A stretch of 63,166 nt of DNA, the filler included, from Octopus bimaculoides (taxonomy: Eukaryota): NCBI RefSeq assembly GCF_001194135.2. It is 6 parts of 5 records of this genome, joined end to end, with 100 filler letters (N's around TTAATTAATTAA, not from the genome) between each part and the next. Parts side by side here need not be neighbours in the genome. Positions count along the whole stretch, not along the records: positions 10,013 to 15,756 come from NC_068984.1; positions 15,857 to 45,559 come from NC_068994.1; positions 45,660 to 60,048 come from NC_068983.1; 3 more parts are not named here. One strand, given 5' to 3'. Positions 13,886-54,969 of this stretch are shown in pieces. A program made the translations under genes and the position numbers. Within the stretch, counting starts at the first letter, position 1; every line of letters starts with the position of its first letter. The notes beneath the pieces were generated by a model. That model worked only from the letters and a program-made list of their open reading frames with translations. It had not been told where the DNA came from and did not search any database.

Positions 13886-14463
13886 NNNNNNNNNNNNNNN
13901 NNNNNNNNNNNNNNNNNNNNNNNNNNNNNNNNNNNNNNNNNNNNNNNNNNNNNNNNNNNNNNNNNNNNNNNNNNNNNNNNNNNNNNNNNNNATATATATA
14001 TATATATACATATACGACGGGCTTCTTCCAGTTTCCGTCTACCAAATCCACTCACAAGGCTTTGGTCGGCCCGAGGCTATAGTAGAAGACACTTGTTCAA
14101 GGTGAAGACGTGTGGCCTAGTGGTTAGGGTGTTGCACTCACGATCGCAAGATCGTAGTTTCGATTCCTGGACGGGTGGTGCGTTGTATTTTTGGGCCAAT
14201 CACTCAATGTCGTGCATCTCCAGTTCACTGGCTGTAAATGTGCAGCAGCAGACCAGCGTCTGGTACAGAGACAATGTTCTAATCACGGTTGCATACTATC
14301 GAAATGAGTCAGGGGAAATAACTCAAAGTGGCCAATAGCGTGTCTCTGAATCGCATAAACAAATATAAGCATGTCAAATAACATACGATATAGATTCTTC
14401 ATTTACTTCCGACTAGTTAAGATTAAAAGCCATGAGAGCCACTACCTAGAATTGCATCAGGCA

Positions 14464-14517
<54 letters not shown>

Positions 14518-15756
14518 GAGTGAGAGAGCCGTGTGTGCCATCAAAGTGGCTCTGGGATATAATATACGAAGCTGAGTATACCCATCATGACTACTCGTGC
14601 GATAGGGGTACACCAGGCACATGCATCACAACCTGTTTATTATTATTGTTATTACCGGCGTTTTCTTCATGCTTGACCATATTCAAAAGAGTTAAATTGT
14701 TGTTGCTGCCTTAAATGACTAAACCGTATAATTATCCGCCTTTTAACAGTTTCATGGTTTGCAGTGTTTCTCAGCAATTTCTTCTCCATTGTATCTTACC
14801 TGAAATTCTCGTTAAAGTATTGTTCAGTATAAAACTGTCACTCCGTCGGTTACAACAGCAAAGGCCCCAGCAGATCTGATCAAAGGAACAACATGCAAAT
14901 GGCTCAGCACTCCAGAGATACGTAAAACCTTAACATAGTCCCCAGCGAAATTCAGCGTGATACAGAATGTGATAAGGCCGCCCATTTGAAAATGAGGTAC
15001 TTCTCGTTTTTGCCAGTTGCATGGTGGACTGGATCAACGTAAAATAAAAGCGTCGTGCTCGACGCCACAACGCACCGCCGGAAGCCAAACTCACAATTTT
15101 ACGATCGTGAACCGAGTACTCTAACCAGGAAGCCACACGCCTCCACATTCTTCAATATATACAATGCAAAGCAGCTTTCTATATTTCGTATGAAACACCA
15201 TGATATTTTTCTCACTTTCAGCATCCAACGTGAAATATTTCACGCCCTTAACTTGCTATAGAAAATTATCGCTCTTTAAATTATTGTTCTTAAAAATTAT
15301 TGCCCTTTTTTGTTGTTATTGTAAACGTTTTATTTTTCCATGCAAAGTCTAATTTTCCTAAAACCGATATAACTGATGCAATCCGTCATTTTACCTTATT
15401 CCTTCGTTTCACACGTCCCTTTGGTGTTCTTCCCAAAATAATCAAATTCATTAACGTGTTTCATCGTTTCTCCAGCTATTTTAATTGTCACAATCGTCAG
15501 AACGTCTTTGTATAACACTTTGCAATATGTATATTTACGACCTGTTACGTTTTTGCGTTCAAATCCCTCCGTTGTCGACTTAACATTTCATCCTTCACTT
15601 GTCGATCGATAAAACAGGCACCAGTTAAATACTGAGGTCGATATAATCAACTATACCCGCTTTGTAAACTGTCTGACTACTACTACTAAGGCAGCGAAAA
15701 ATGTACTCATTGAAAAAATCCACATACATATGCATATATATATATATATGTATATA

Positions 15757-15856
15757 NNNNNNNNNNNNNNNNNNNNNNNNNNNNNNNNNNNNNNNNNNNN
15801 TTAATTAATTAANNNNNNNNNNNNNNNNNNNNNNNNNNNNNNNNNNNNNNNNNNNN
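15757..15856. other. Artificial assembly spacer (44N + TTAATTAATTAA + 44N)
   Basis: Identical 100-bp pattern. Confidence 0.97.
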
Positions 15857-16321
15857 AGCATACAGCCCTAAAACATTGCCTTTAGAAAAAAGCCTGTCCA
15901 AGCCAAACCAGTAAAGAAAGGAAGAGGTTAAAATGATGATGATGATGGTGGTAGTGGTGGTGGTGATGATGATGATGATGGCCTATAATCAACTCCTGCT
16001 TTCAGAAGCAATCCTAGCCAAAACATCAAAGTGACTCTCACCTTTAAGCAAATAAGTATGGTGTATGGCTTAGTGGTTAGGGTGTTGTACTAATGGTTGC
16101 GAGATCATGCTTTCAATTCCCAGACTGGGCGTTGCATTGTGCTCTTGAGCAAAGTGCTTCGTTTAATGTTGCTTTGCAATCATTTCTTCACCTGACGTGT
16201 GGCACCCGTTGCACCTGCACAGGTAATGTTGATTTGATCACCGTAAACAAATCATCTGTGTGGTTGTTTGGCAAAAAATTGCCAAACCCTCAAATGTCAT
16301 CTAACGATGGAAGAGTCCATC

Positions 16322-16365
<44 letters not shown>

Positions 16366-16560
16366 GTATGTATGTTATATATGTATAAGTGTGTGTGTGT
16401 GTAAGTATCTTGTCTGCTAGAGTTAAGGTAGAAAATCAGCTGTGCTGATGACATCTGAGGCAGAAACACACATGCACAGCTGTCCTTTTAGCTCCCTTTC
16501 TATCAAATTATCTTTTCCTTAATGGCATGTTAATTTCAGTGGATTCCCTGATTCCCGAGA

Positions 16561-16615
16561 TTATCTCCTTTTCATATTTGGACATGGCTTCCAATTAACA
16601 CAAGGCATATGATTA
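16561..16615 (-). CDS. Myt1: Candidate alternative terminal coding exon of Myt1 ([17 protein letters not shown])
   Basis: Acceptor ...aaaattcccttccctttaag|T AAT CAT. Phase 2 matches the preceding exon (CAA AA|). TAA at 16563-16561. No homology is recognisable, so this is tentative. Confidence 0.3.
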
Positions 16616-16709
16616 CTTAAAGGGAAGGGAATTTTAATAAAAATCAAGAATTTATCTTTTATAGTATTGAATATACCTTTATTCATCTTTGATATATATA
16701 TATACATAC

Positions 16710-16779
<70 letters not shown>

Positions 16780-16833
16780 ATATATACATATAAACATATA
16801 TGTATGTATGTGTATAAATATATATATATATGT

Positions 16834-16866
<33 letters not shown>

Positions 16867-16965
16867 TAGTTACACACACATACACACATCGGACATATAT
16901 CTACATATGTGTATATAAGTGCAGTGTTGCATCATCTTATTTTTCCAGTATTTCGTTTTACTTAC

Positions 16966-45559
<28,594 letters not shown>

Positions 45560-45659
45560 NNNNNNNNNNNNNNNNNNNNNNNNNNNNNNNNNNNNNNNNN
45601 NNNTTAATTAATTAANNNNNNNNNNNNNNNNNNNNNNNNNNNNNNNNNNNNNNNNNNNN
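45560..45659. other. Artificial assembly spacer (44N + TTAATTAATTAA + 44N)
   Basis: Identical 100-bp pattern; it interrupts the Myt1 N-terminal exon. Confidence 0.97.
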
Positions 45660-45990
45660 AAGATACTTACACTCTGACGGGTATTCACATTGACATTACA
45701 CATCCAACGGAGCATACTGGCTTCATTCCTTGCGAGCTTACGTATGTCCTCAGCAGTTACAGCCCATGTTTCACTGCCATGTAGCATGGTTGTTCGTACG
45801 CATGCGTCATACAGTCTGCCTTTTACTCTGAGTGAGAGTCCCTTTGTCGCCAGCAGGGGTAAGAGCTCTCTAAACTTTGCCCAGGCTATTCTTATTCTAG
45901 CAGCTACACTTTCAGCGCACCCACCCCCACTACTAACTTGGTCGCCCAGATAGCGGAAGCTATCGACTACCTCTAGTTTTTCACCCTGGA
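45660..45990 (-). mobile_element. RTE-clade LINE fragment (region C-terminal to RT)
   Basis: GEKLEVVDSFRYLGDQVSSGGGCAESVAARIRIAWAKFRELLPLL...KGRLYDACVRTTMLHGSETWAVT...LARNEASMLRWM: typical RTE F.YLG, RI..AW..F and .LYG.E.W motifs. Confidence 0.92.
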
Positions 45991-46194
45991 ATGAGATAGA
46001 ATATATATATAAGGAACTTAGTAATGTAAGGGAACAAAAACTCTTATACATTCTTCTATCATTCATTTTTGTTCTGTAAAAGACTTGTAGGATTGAGATT
46101 TTGACTTTCACCAGGATATCAAGGGTTACAACAAACTCAACAACAGCAATACTAGAAAGAGATAGTAAACATGAGTATAAAAACAGTAACTTAC

Positions 46195-46298
46195 TTTACC
46201 GAAACATGGATATGAGACTTTAGAGCGAAAGTCTCCATCAAGTTTAGAGTATTTCAACAAATGACTGTAAATGTGTAGAATCTGTTCATTGAGGTTAC
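46195..46298 (-). CDS. DZANK1-like gene exon 7 (GNLNEQILHIYSHLLKYSKLDGDFRSKVSYPCFGK)
   Basis: ctatttatag|GT AAC CTC ... GGT AAA|gtaagt; 104 nt, phase 1 to 0. Confidence 0.75.
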
Positions 46299-49200
46299 CT
46301 ATAAATAGATATTGGAGAAGGATTATCCAACTTGATACCTGTAGTGTTTGTTTTCTCTGGTCATCCGATTATTTTTATACTTGTCACTAGTTTAATAACT
46401 TCAAACATTTTAAATTGGCAACATGTCATAGAAACACTTGTTACTACTGAATTTGAGGTTTTGGTATTTTTGTGCCTTTTAGATCATGTTATAAAAGGAT
46501 TAACACATCTGGAGGATCACGTTATAAAAGGATTAACACATCTGGAGGATCACGTTATAAAAGGATTAACACATCTGGAGGATCATGTTATAAAAGGATT
46601 AACACATCTGGAGGATCATACGATGAAAGGACATCTGGAGGATCATACGATGAAAGGACATCTGGAGGATCATTATATTATGGAGTTAACTTTTCTGGAG
46701 CATCATTTTATGATAGGATTAGATTAGGAAACAATACTCACCGTGACCTACACTGACATCTTGTAGTGGTGGATCCCGATATGTAAGGCGTTCAACAACC
46801 TTTGTCTTGACAGGAGCTTCGGGCAAAGCCAAAGGAGCAGGCTGCCTCACTTCAGGATTCTGTTTCTGCTGATTTTCTTCAATGATGTTCCTTATTTCAC
46901 CAATAGTTACAGCCCTGTTATTATCATTCAGACCCTGAAAGGTAAATATAGAGCAATTCTTATATTGTGTGTGAGAGAGATTTTTTTTATATATAGGTTA
47001 GGAAGGGCATCCAGCTGTAGAAACTCTGCCAGATCAGATTGGAGCCTGGTGCAGCCTGCTGGCTTGCCAGTCCGCAGTCAAATCGTCCAACCCATGCTAG
47101 CTAGCATGGAAAGCAGATGTTAAATGACGATGATGATGATGATGATGATTATATATATATATANNNNNNNNNNNNNNNNNNNNNNNNNNNNNNNNNNNNN
47201 NNNNNNNNNNNNNNNNNNNNNNNNNNNNNNNNNNNNNNNNNNNNNNNNNNNNNNNNNNNNNNNNNNNNNNNNNNNNNNNNNNNNNNNNNNNNNNNNNNNN
47301 NNNNNNNNNNNNNNNNNNNNNNNNNNNNNNNNNNNNNNNNNNNNNNNNNNNNNNNNNNNNNNNNNNNNNNNNNNNNNNNNNNNNNNNNNNNNNNNNNNNN
47401 NNNNNNNNNNNNNNNNNNNNNNNNNNNNNNNNNNNNNNNNNNNNNNNNNNNNNNNNNNNNNNNNNNNNNNNNNNNNNNNNNNNNNNNNNNNNNNNNNNNN
47501 NNNNNNNNNNNNNNNNNNNNNNNNNNNNNNNNNNNNNNNNNNNNNNNNNNNNNNNNTATATATATATATATATATATATATATAAGAGAGAGAGAGAGTG
47601 AAAGGTAGATAGTGATAGATAGATAGATAAATAGGTTCCAGATACAGATAGGCAAACATACAAGCAGTGTTGCTTTGTTTACATCTCCGTAACTAAGCAG
47701 TTCAGCAAAAGAGTTTGATAGAATAAGTACCATACTTAAACCAATACTGGGGTCAATTTGTTCAACTAAAACACCCTGTAAGGCAGTGCCCCAGTATGGC
47801 TGTAGTCCAATGATTGAAACAAGATAAAAGACAGTATTATGGGATCTAAGAAAAAGAAATACAAAATATACAAAAAAAGCAAAACAATCAATAACTGCAA
47901 AACTAATTTAGATTGTAAATTAATATCTTACTTACACGTATCATTTGTTCGGTGATAAATCCATATTGTGTGGGTTTGGGTTGGAATTGATTAAAATATT
48001 CATGGAAATTTCTGGATAGATTGGGAGGCACTCCAAACATATTGATTTGTGTCCCAGAATAGTTGGTTGGCTGGATAGATTTTTGGAGTTCCTGCATCTC
48101 TGCAAATAAAACAATAATTTTCTTTTAAGGGTGTCGCCGTAGATTATATGATGCATTTTTGCTCTGCCAGCTCCCTGGAAGGAACTGGTAGAGCAGTGCA
48201 AAAGCCTAAGATGGTGGGGGATACTGGAAGCTAAATGGAGTAAGCTGTCAGGGTTTAGTGGCAGCATTCATTCGGCAAAACTGACTAAGCTTGGAGTTAG
48301 GGTTTACAGCAAAGAGAAGGGCCATATATTCTATCCCCAAACCAGCAGAGATCACCAGATGGCTTTGGATAAAATGGGCAGGGAAAGTCAGTGGGTTGCT
48401 GCTACGAGATTAAGTTGAGATTTGATCAACCAGCTGAGTTTACCGAATGAAGGGGGTCCAATGCTGAAAGCCCCAAAAGCCCATTAAACCTCTAAATGAT
48501 CATTTATGATGCTTTCTAGAGCAGAATATTTTAGAATGAAGGGTTAGTATGAATTATCTAATGTATCTTGAGCTAAAAAGGATATTCCCACATAGTCATT
48601 TGGGTTGCTAGAACTAACAGCCATATGTCTTTCAAATCTATTTCTTATGACTGCCACTCTTAGACACATTGGATAATGTAGTCCTAGGTATACTATGTGT
48701 GAATAAAAAGTGAAATAGTCATGCCTGAGAAACCTTTTGATCATAGATTATCATTGTTGGTTAGCTTGAGGTTAGACAATCCAGTTCTGACCATCCCGTC
48801 TTTCTGTATATCTCTGATTGCATTATTCAAAATGACCCCTTTGTGATTTGGAGGAAATTCAGTTGCTCGTTCAATCAGATCAATTAATCCAATCAGAACT
48901 GACCTAAGGCTTGTTAAGAACAGCTGAAACAACATTTTTTTCACAGCAAACATACTACACCTATTCTTTGTTCTCAACCAACCATGGGGCATACATTTTC
49001 CAGGGGAAAATAGACTGGGAAACACTGTACAAAGGGGAAGTAAAAATGGCAGCTTGCAATCATGACCAATGCTCCACAGGGAGGGAAAAGCTTCAGGGAA
49101 GACATTCAACCCAATACGCTCTCAACTATACAAATTCACTGCCATTTTGTTTTTAAACATTTTATCCATGTCAAACAACTGGAGGGTGAAAGAATAATTA

Positions 49201-50035
49201 TGCATGTGATGCGGATGGATGATGATAGCTGCATAAAGAAGTGCTGAGAGCTCTAACCGTGGAAGGTGCCTGTGGAAAGGGTAGACCCAGGAAGATATGG
49301 GATGAAGTGATGAGAAGGGATCTTTGGATGCTGGGCCTTGTTGAGGAAATGACAAGGGACTGGAAGATGTGGTGATTTGCTGTACTTGATAAGACACATC
49401 AAGCTAAGTAAAGTTGCTGTCTTCCACACATACAGGTGTGTCCTTCCAGGTGCTGGTGCCACTTAAAAAGCATCTGTGCCACTGTTGCGTAAATGCATCT
49501 CTGCTGGTGCTGCATTAATGCACCCATGCTGGTGGTATACATAAAATGCAGCCAGCACACTCTGATAAAAGGTTGGCATTAGGAAGAGCATCCATGCCAC
49601 AACAGACAGCTGGAGTCTGGACAGCTTCCTGCTAGCCAGCTCCATGTCAAACCGTCCAACCCTTGCCAACATGGAAAGCAGACATTAAATGGTAATAATG
49701 ACTATTGGAAACATTAAAACTGCCACATGGAAGAACTAATCAGAAATACTAACAAATTAAACTGGAAAAAAAAAAAAAAATTAAAGAAAAATTTGAAGCC
49801 TTAAAAACCTGAAGAATTTCTGTAATTAATTCTGTGGTCATAGATATCCTCATTTTTTTCTTCCCAAGCTTGATTAACAGGGAATTCTCTTGATTGTTGA
49901 ACAGATACCATTTGGTTGTCTTTGTCTTCTCCTTCAGACAGGAAATGGTCATTCTGTAATTAAGGGAAGATAAATGTATTGAAAGGAAAATGAACTCATC
50001 AAAAATATGATTATATTATTCCTGTTCACACACAC

Positions 50036-50107
<72 letters not shown>

Positions 50108-51245
50108 AGATATTGGTGTCATGAAAACTGACACCCATGCTGGTGGTATGTAATAGCACCCATTACACGCTCGTAGTGGTTGGCATTAGGAAGGGCATCC
50201 GGCCTAGAGTCTGGTGCAGCCCCTCAGCTGACCAGCCCTGGTCAAATCGTCCAACCCATGCTAGCATGGACAACAGATGTTAAATGATGATGATGTGTTT
50301 GTGTGTACAGGCATGGCTGGGTGGTAAGAAGTTTTCTACCCAACCACATGGTTCCAGGATCAATCCCACTGCATGACACCTTGGGCAAGTGTCTTCAAAT
50401 ATAGCCTCAGGACAACCAAACCCTTGTGAGTAGATGTGACAGATGGAAACTGAAAGAAGCTTGTTTTGTGTGTGTGTTTGTGAGAGAGAGAGCACACACA
50501 TATTTCCCATATAAATACAACTTGACTTTAAGTCAAGTGATTTAATAAAATTCAGGTTGCAAGATTCCTGATGTGAAACAGATATTGTTGTATTTCGGAG
50601 TGGTCATTTTTTTTTTCTTTTGCCAAATAAACCCATGCATTATATATTTTCTCTTCAGTCGTTTATTATTTTAACTCGTGTCCATTGTCCGGAAATCTTT
50701 TGTCACACATCTGTGGCATTCCTCTGGAACTGTTTTCTCCAGAAAACTGACATTTCCAGATCCTTCATCTTGGAACTCAGGGCTGGATATTAGAGATCTG
50801 AACACAGCAATGCAGAACCATGTAGTGTGGAAAACGATTATCAATGGAGTTCCAACCGACCATAGGTTTGTTGAAGGATGAGTGACCTCTTCAGCGACAC
50901 TTTTCGTTTTCGAGTGTGTTTTTGCTCCATTTACTCCATTCTGTTCTTCTAAGATGTGTATCCTTATGTGTGCATGCGTTTGTGACCTTGTTTGAGTGCG
51001 TGTGTGTATGCTTGTGTGTGTCATAGTTTTGAGCAGCAGTGTGGTCTTCCCCTCAGCCCCATTGTGCTGCTGCTGTCCTAAGACCCAAACATATGGTACA
51101 GTTCTTGTATTCTTCTGTGTATGTGTGTTTGCCCATGGTGTTGCCATTGTGGTCGTTGTTGTTATTGCCATCGTTGTCACCACTGCTGCTGCTGCCATTG
51201 TTAATCCTGTTGTTGAAATTATTCTGGCTGTCCCCGTGAAATTTC

Positions 51246-51290
<45 letters not shown>

Positions 51291-54200
51291 GGTTTGCTTC
51301 GTATGTTGTTTGTATCCATGGCCTTTATATAGATTTATTTATTTTATCTATATCTTATATTTATCCCAGGTATGTGACAAATATATTTATTTATATATTT
51401 GTTTTTTCTTTCATACATCTATCTCTATTTCTCGTATCACAGGTAAGTGTACATATGTCTATTGTGTGTGTATTACCCCGTATGTTTCTGTGTATTATTT
51501 ACGATTTTTTTCTTCCTCTCTCTTCTCATCTCTTCTGTCTTTAGTCATGTGGTGTGGTAATGGGTAAATTATACATTATTTGATGGATATTTATCCTCAT
51601 CTTGTTTGTTGTAAACACAACATTTCGGCTGATATACCCTCCAGCCTTCTTCAGGTGTCTTGGGGAAATTTTGAACCTGGGTTCTCATTCCTAAGGTATT
51701 TTTCGATGTTATTATAATTATTATTCAGGTCCCTGTCTGGAATCGAACTCGGAATCTTGGGGTAAGTAGCCTGTGCTCTTAACCACTATGACATATACCC
51801 GTGGGCGTAATGGTTAAGAGCACGGGCTACTAACCCCGAAGATTCTGAGTTCGACTCCAGGCAGTAACCTGAATAATAATAATAATGTCAAAAAATACCT
51901 TAGGAATGAGAACCCAGGTTCGAAATTTCCCCAAGACACCTGAAGAAGGCTGGAGGGTATATCAGCCGAAACGTGTTAACAACAAACAAGATGAGGACAA
52001 ATATCTGTCAAATGTAAATAATGTACATAATTCCTCATCTCTTAAATATAGAACTGGGTAAATTATGTTGATTGATGTATTGTGAAGACAGAAGAAAATG
52101 TAATTAAAAACAGAACAGGGCTCATCACCAGAGGAACTTAAAAACTTACTTTACTATAATAACTGGAGGATTTGAAAGGTTCGTTGCTTTTGACTGGGCG
52201 GAAGTATTCACATGAATTGTCGGTATCAGACTCTTGGATATTTTCCACAAAAAATGTTTTAGTGACAACAACACTTTCTTGAAGTCCATCTCTGGAAGAG
52301 ATATAGAGTTTTGAAGATGAAAAGAAATGATTTCATTGCAAATTCCGTCCTTTGCAATTGAATATTTTACATGTGAAGATAATAAAACATGAAATACAGA
52401 AAGCTAATGAAGGAGCTTCTTTGTGTCACTGGACCTGCTAGAAAAAAAAGAGAAAAAAAAAACCTAGCAAAATTCTCTCTCAAATTGTATCCGAGAGCAG
52501 TGTTTCCTAATAGAGGTTCTCCCAAACCCTTAAGTTCCACGAGAGGTAGCTAGGAGTTCTGTGATGTTTGATAAATGGTCACAGTGTAATGATTGAAACG
52601 AGTAAACGATAAAGATTGATTAAGTAATGAAACACAGTTTGAAAATAGTTGGGTGGGTAGGTAGTTATTGCTTAACTCCTGACTCATATTGATTGAGCAG
52701 ACTAGTCATTCCAGTTATAACCATCCAACACCAATAACCACCAACACCATCACTATCACCAATAAATAAACAATGACCTATGGGATGGTCATGGGTGGAT
52801 TCCTTTTGTTCATATGTCTATTTAAGCAAGGCTGATCTAGTGCTAAGAATCAGCAACAAATATTTACCTGATTAAAAGGTATAGGATATTGTCTGCTTAA
52901 CTATTTTTGCAAAAACTAAAATCTATAAATTAGCTAAATTTAATAAAAAATTAATTATCAAATTCTTATTTTATTTTATTCTTTGCTATGTTGTCTCCCC
53001 CTCCTGGGTCTGACCTTATGGTGAGGGGGTTTGCATGATCCATAAATCCAAGAGAATGTTACCGTCCGGTTTCCCCAGGTAGGTTCCAGATTAATGGTGA
53101 CCTGTGGCACATTGACCCATTGCCAAGATGGCAGCCCCATCCTTAAACCATTCTGCAGAGGGCCAAAAGCTCACCCAGAAGGACCCTCAACATGTTATGA
53201 TACTGAGCAGAAGAAACCAGACTGCCTAACATCAGAACAGACCCCTGTATGCAGAGGGGATGACATGGGATTACCAGTGATGGGAGGTACTGGTGGACCT
53301 GGGTGGCTCTTTGCATGACAACACATACTCTCTCTCTCTTTTACTTGTTTCAGTCATTTGACTGCGGCCATGCTGGAGCACCGCCTTTAGTTGAACAAAT
53401 TGACCCCAGGACTTATTCTTTGTAAGCCTAGTACTTTCTATTGCCGAACTGCTAAGTTACAGGGACGTAAACATACCAGCATCGGTTGTCAAGTGATGAT
53501 AGGGGGACAAACACAAACACACATACATATATATATATATATATACATATATACGACGGGCTTCTTTCAGTTTCCGTCTACCAAATCCACTCGGAAGGCT
53601 TTGGTCGGCCCGAGGCTATAATAGAAGACACTTGCCCAAGGTGCCACGCAGTGGGACTGAACCCAGAACCATGTGGTTGGTAAGCAAGCTACTTACCACA
53701 CAGCCACTGCTGTGCCTATGAAACCATTAACAAGATGACCCCAGCCTCATTAAGGAAGAACATGAGACTGTGCTGTTTAGCCCAAGGTTAAACTTGATCA
53801 AACATACATATAACTTGCAGTTAGTCAACAACCAAATGACTAGACTTGATCAACAAATCCATATCTTTGGATTCAAATGTTATAATTGCGGGGATGAAAC
53901 TTTGATTTATGTTCTAGCCGCAAAACAAAAAAAAAAACAAAAAAAAAAACAAAAAAAAAAAGAAATCTGGTTTTATGCTGTCTTATAGTCTGGATAATTA
54001 TTTAGTGCATTCATTCATTTTTTAAAGACAAAGATGGAGTCTGACGTAGATTTGGCTGTTATTTCTAGCAAATCAAATAACAGCGGAAAGGCTTACTACT
54101 ATAGTTGATGCTGATGAGTGGTGGTGCTGGTGATGATGATGATGATGATGTCAGAGGTGATGACAACAGTGAAAGTAGTGATGGCAGTGACCTTGGTGGT

Positions 54201-54481
54201 GGTGATGACAACGATGGCATTGAGGGGGGTGGAATCTGACAATGACACTGAGGGCAACAACAGTGCTCAGGTTGATAACAGAATCGAGGGTGATGGCTTT
54301 GATAGGAATAGTGTTGATGGTGATGATGATGGCATAGAAGATTCAAAAGAAGCATATGTACATACATACATACATACATATATATATATACATATATATA
54401 TACACAGGGTGTCCATAAAATATCTTTACAACTTCCAAACTTTTAATCTTAATATTGTAAAGGGACTTTATGGACACCCTG

Positions 54482-54515
<34 letters not shown>

Positions 54516-54937
54516 NNNNNNNNNNATATATATATATATATATATATATATTTTTAAAAATAGCTGCACTAAGACTGGAGAAAGCCAAATGAAGCAGATA
54601 CAATTTATTTTACCTGGACACAGCAATAGTCTTAATTGTTCTCTTCCCAGGTTTCAGAGTAAATGGAGCAAAGTATTTGAATGTGATTTCCCGACCAGCC
54701 ACTTTACGTTTGAAATGACTTGGTTTCGTCCCATCAGTTGTAAAATATATACGGCAACCTTGTGTTTCTGCAAGTATATGGATACAATATGTTCTGGTTC
54801 AGTGATTCTTAACCCGAGCACTACTGTCCCCTTAAGTGCGCTGTGAGCGCAAAAGGGGCAGCAAATGTCATGGTGTTCTGTTAAAGATGCTTGTTACCCC
54901 CCTCTCTGAAATTGCTGGCTCTGTGCCAAAATTTGAA

Positions 54938-54969
<32 letters not shown>

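Larger units (their letters stand above)
51573..52054. mobile_element. Palindromic non-autonomous retroelement: head-to-head [tRNA-like head + (AAT)n + hammerhead ribozyme] x2 with 12-bp TSD
   Basis: Arms 51573-51797 and 51806-52025 are reverse complements at roughly 85-90% identity by eye. Each has an A box (T(A/G)GTGGTTAAG-like), a B box (GAGTTCGA(T/C)TCC) and CTGAAGA-A-GGCTG-loop-CAGCC-GAAA. The direct repeat TGGGTAAATTAT lies at 51561-51572 and 52055-52066. Confidence 0.88.

Noticed and set aside
45560-46195. Fusion of the DZANK1-like exons to Myt1 as its missing 5' end
   Set aside because: The two are separated by an artificial spacer, the domain content is unrelated to the Myt1 family, and nothing in the sequence supports the splice.
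48540-49110. ORF 48741-49109 and flanks as an additional exon
   Set aside because: The phases of exons 4 and 5 already match and no motif was recognised. It is probably decayed repeat sequence.
50885-51320. Asn/Thr/Ala-rich ORFs in intron 3 of the DZANK1-like gene
   Set aside because: They are low-complexity, run into a (CA)n tract, have no convincing splice sites, and exons 3 and 4 already join in phase without them.
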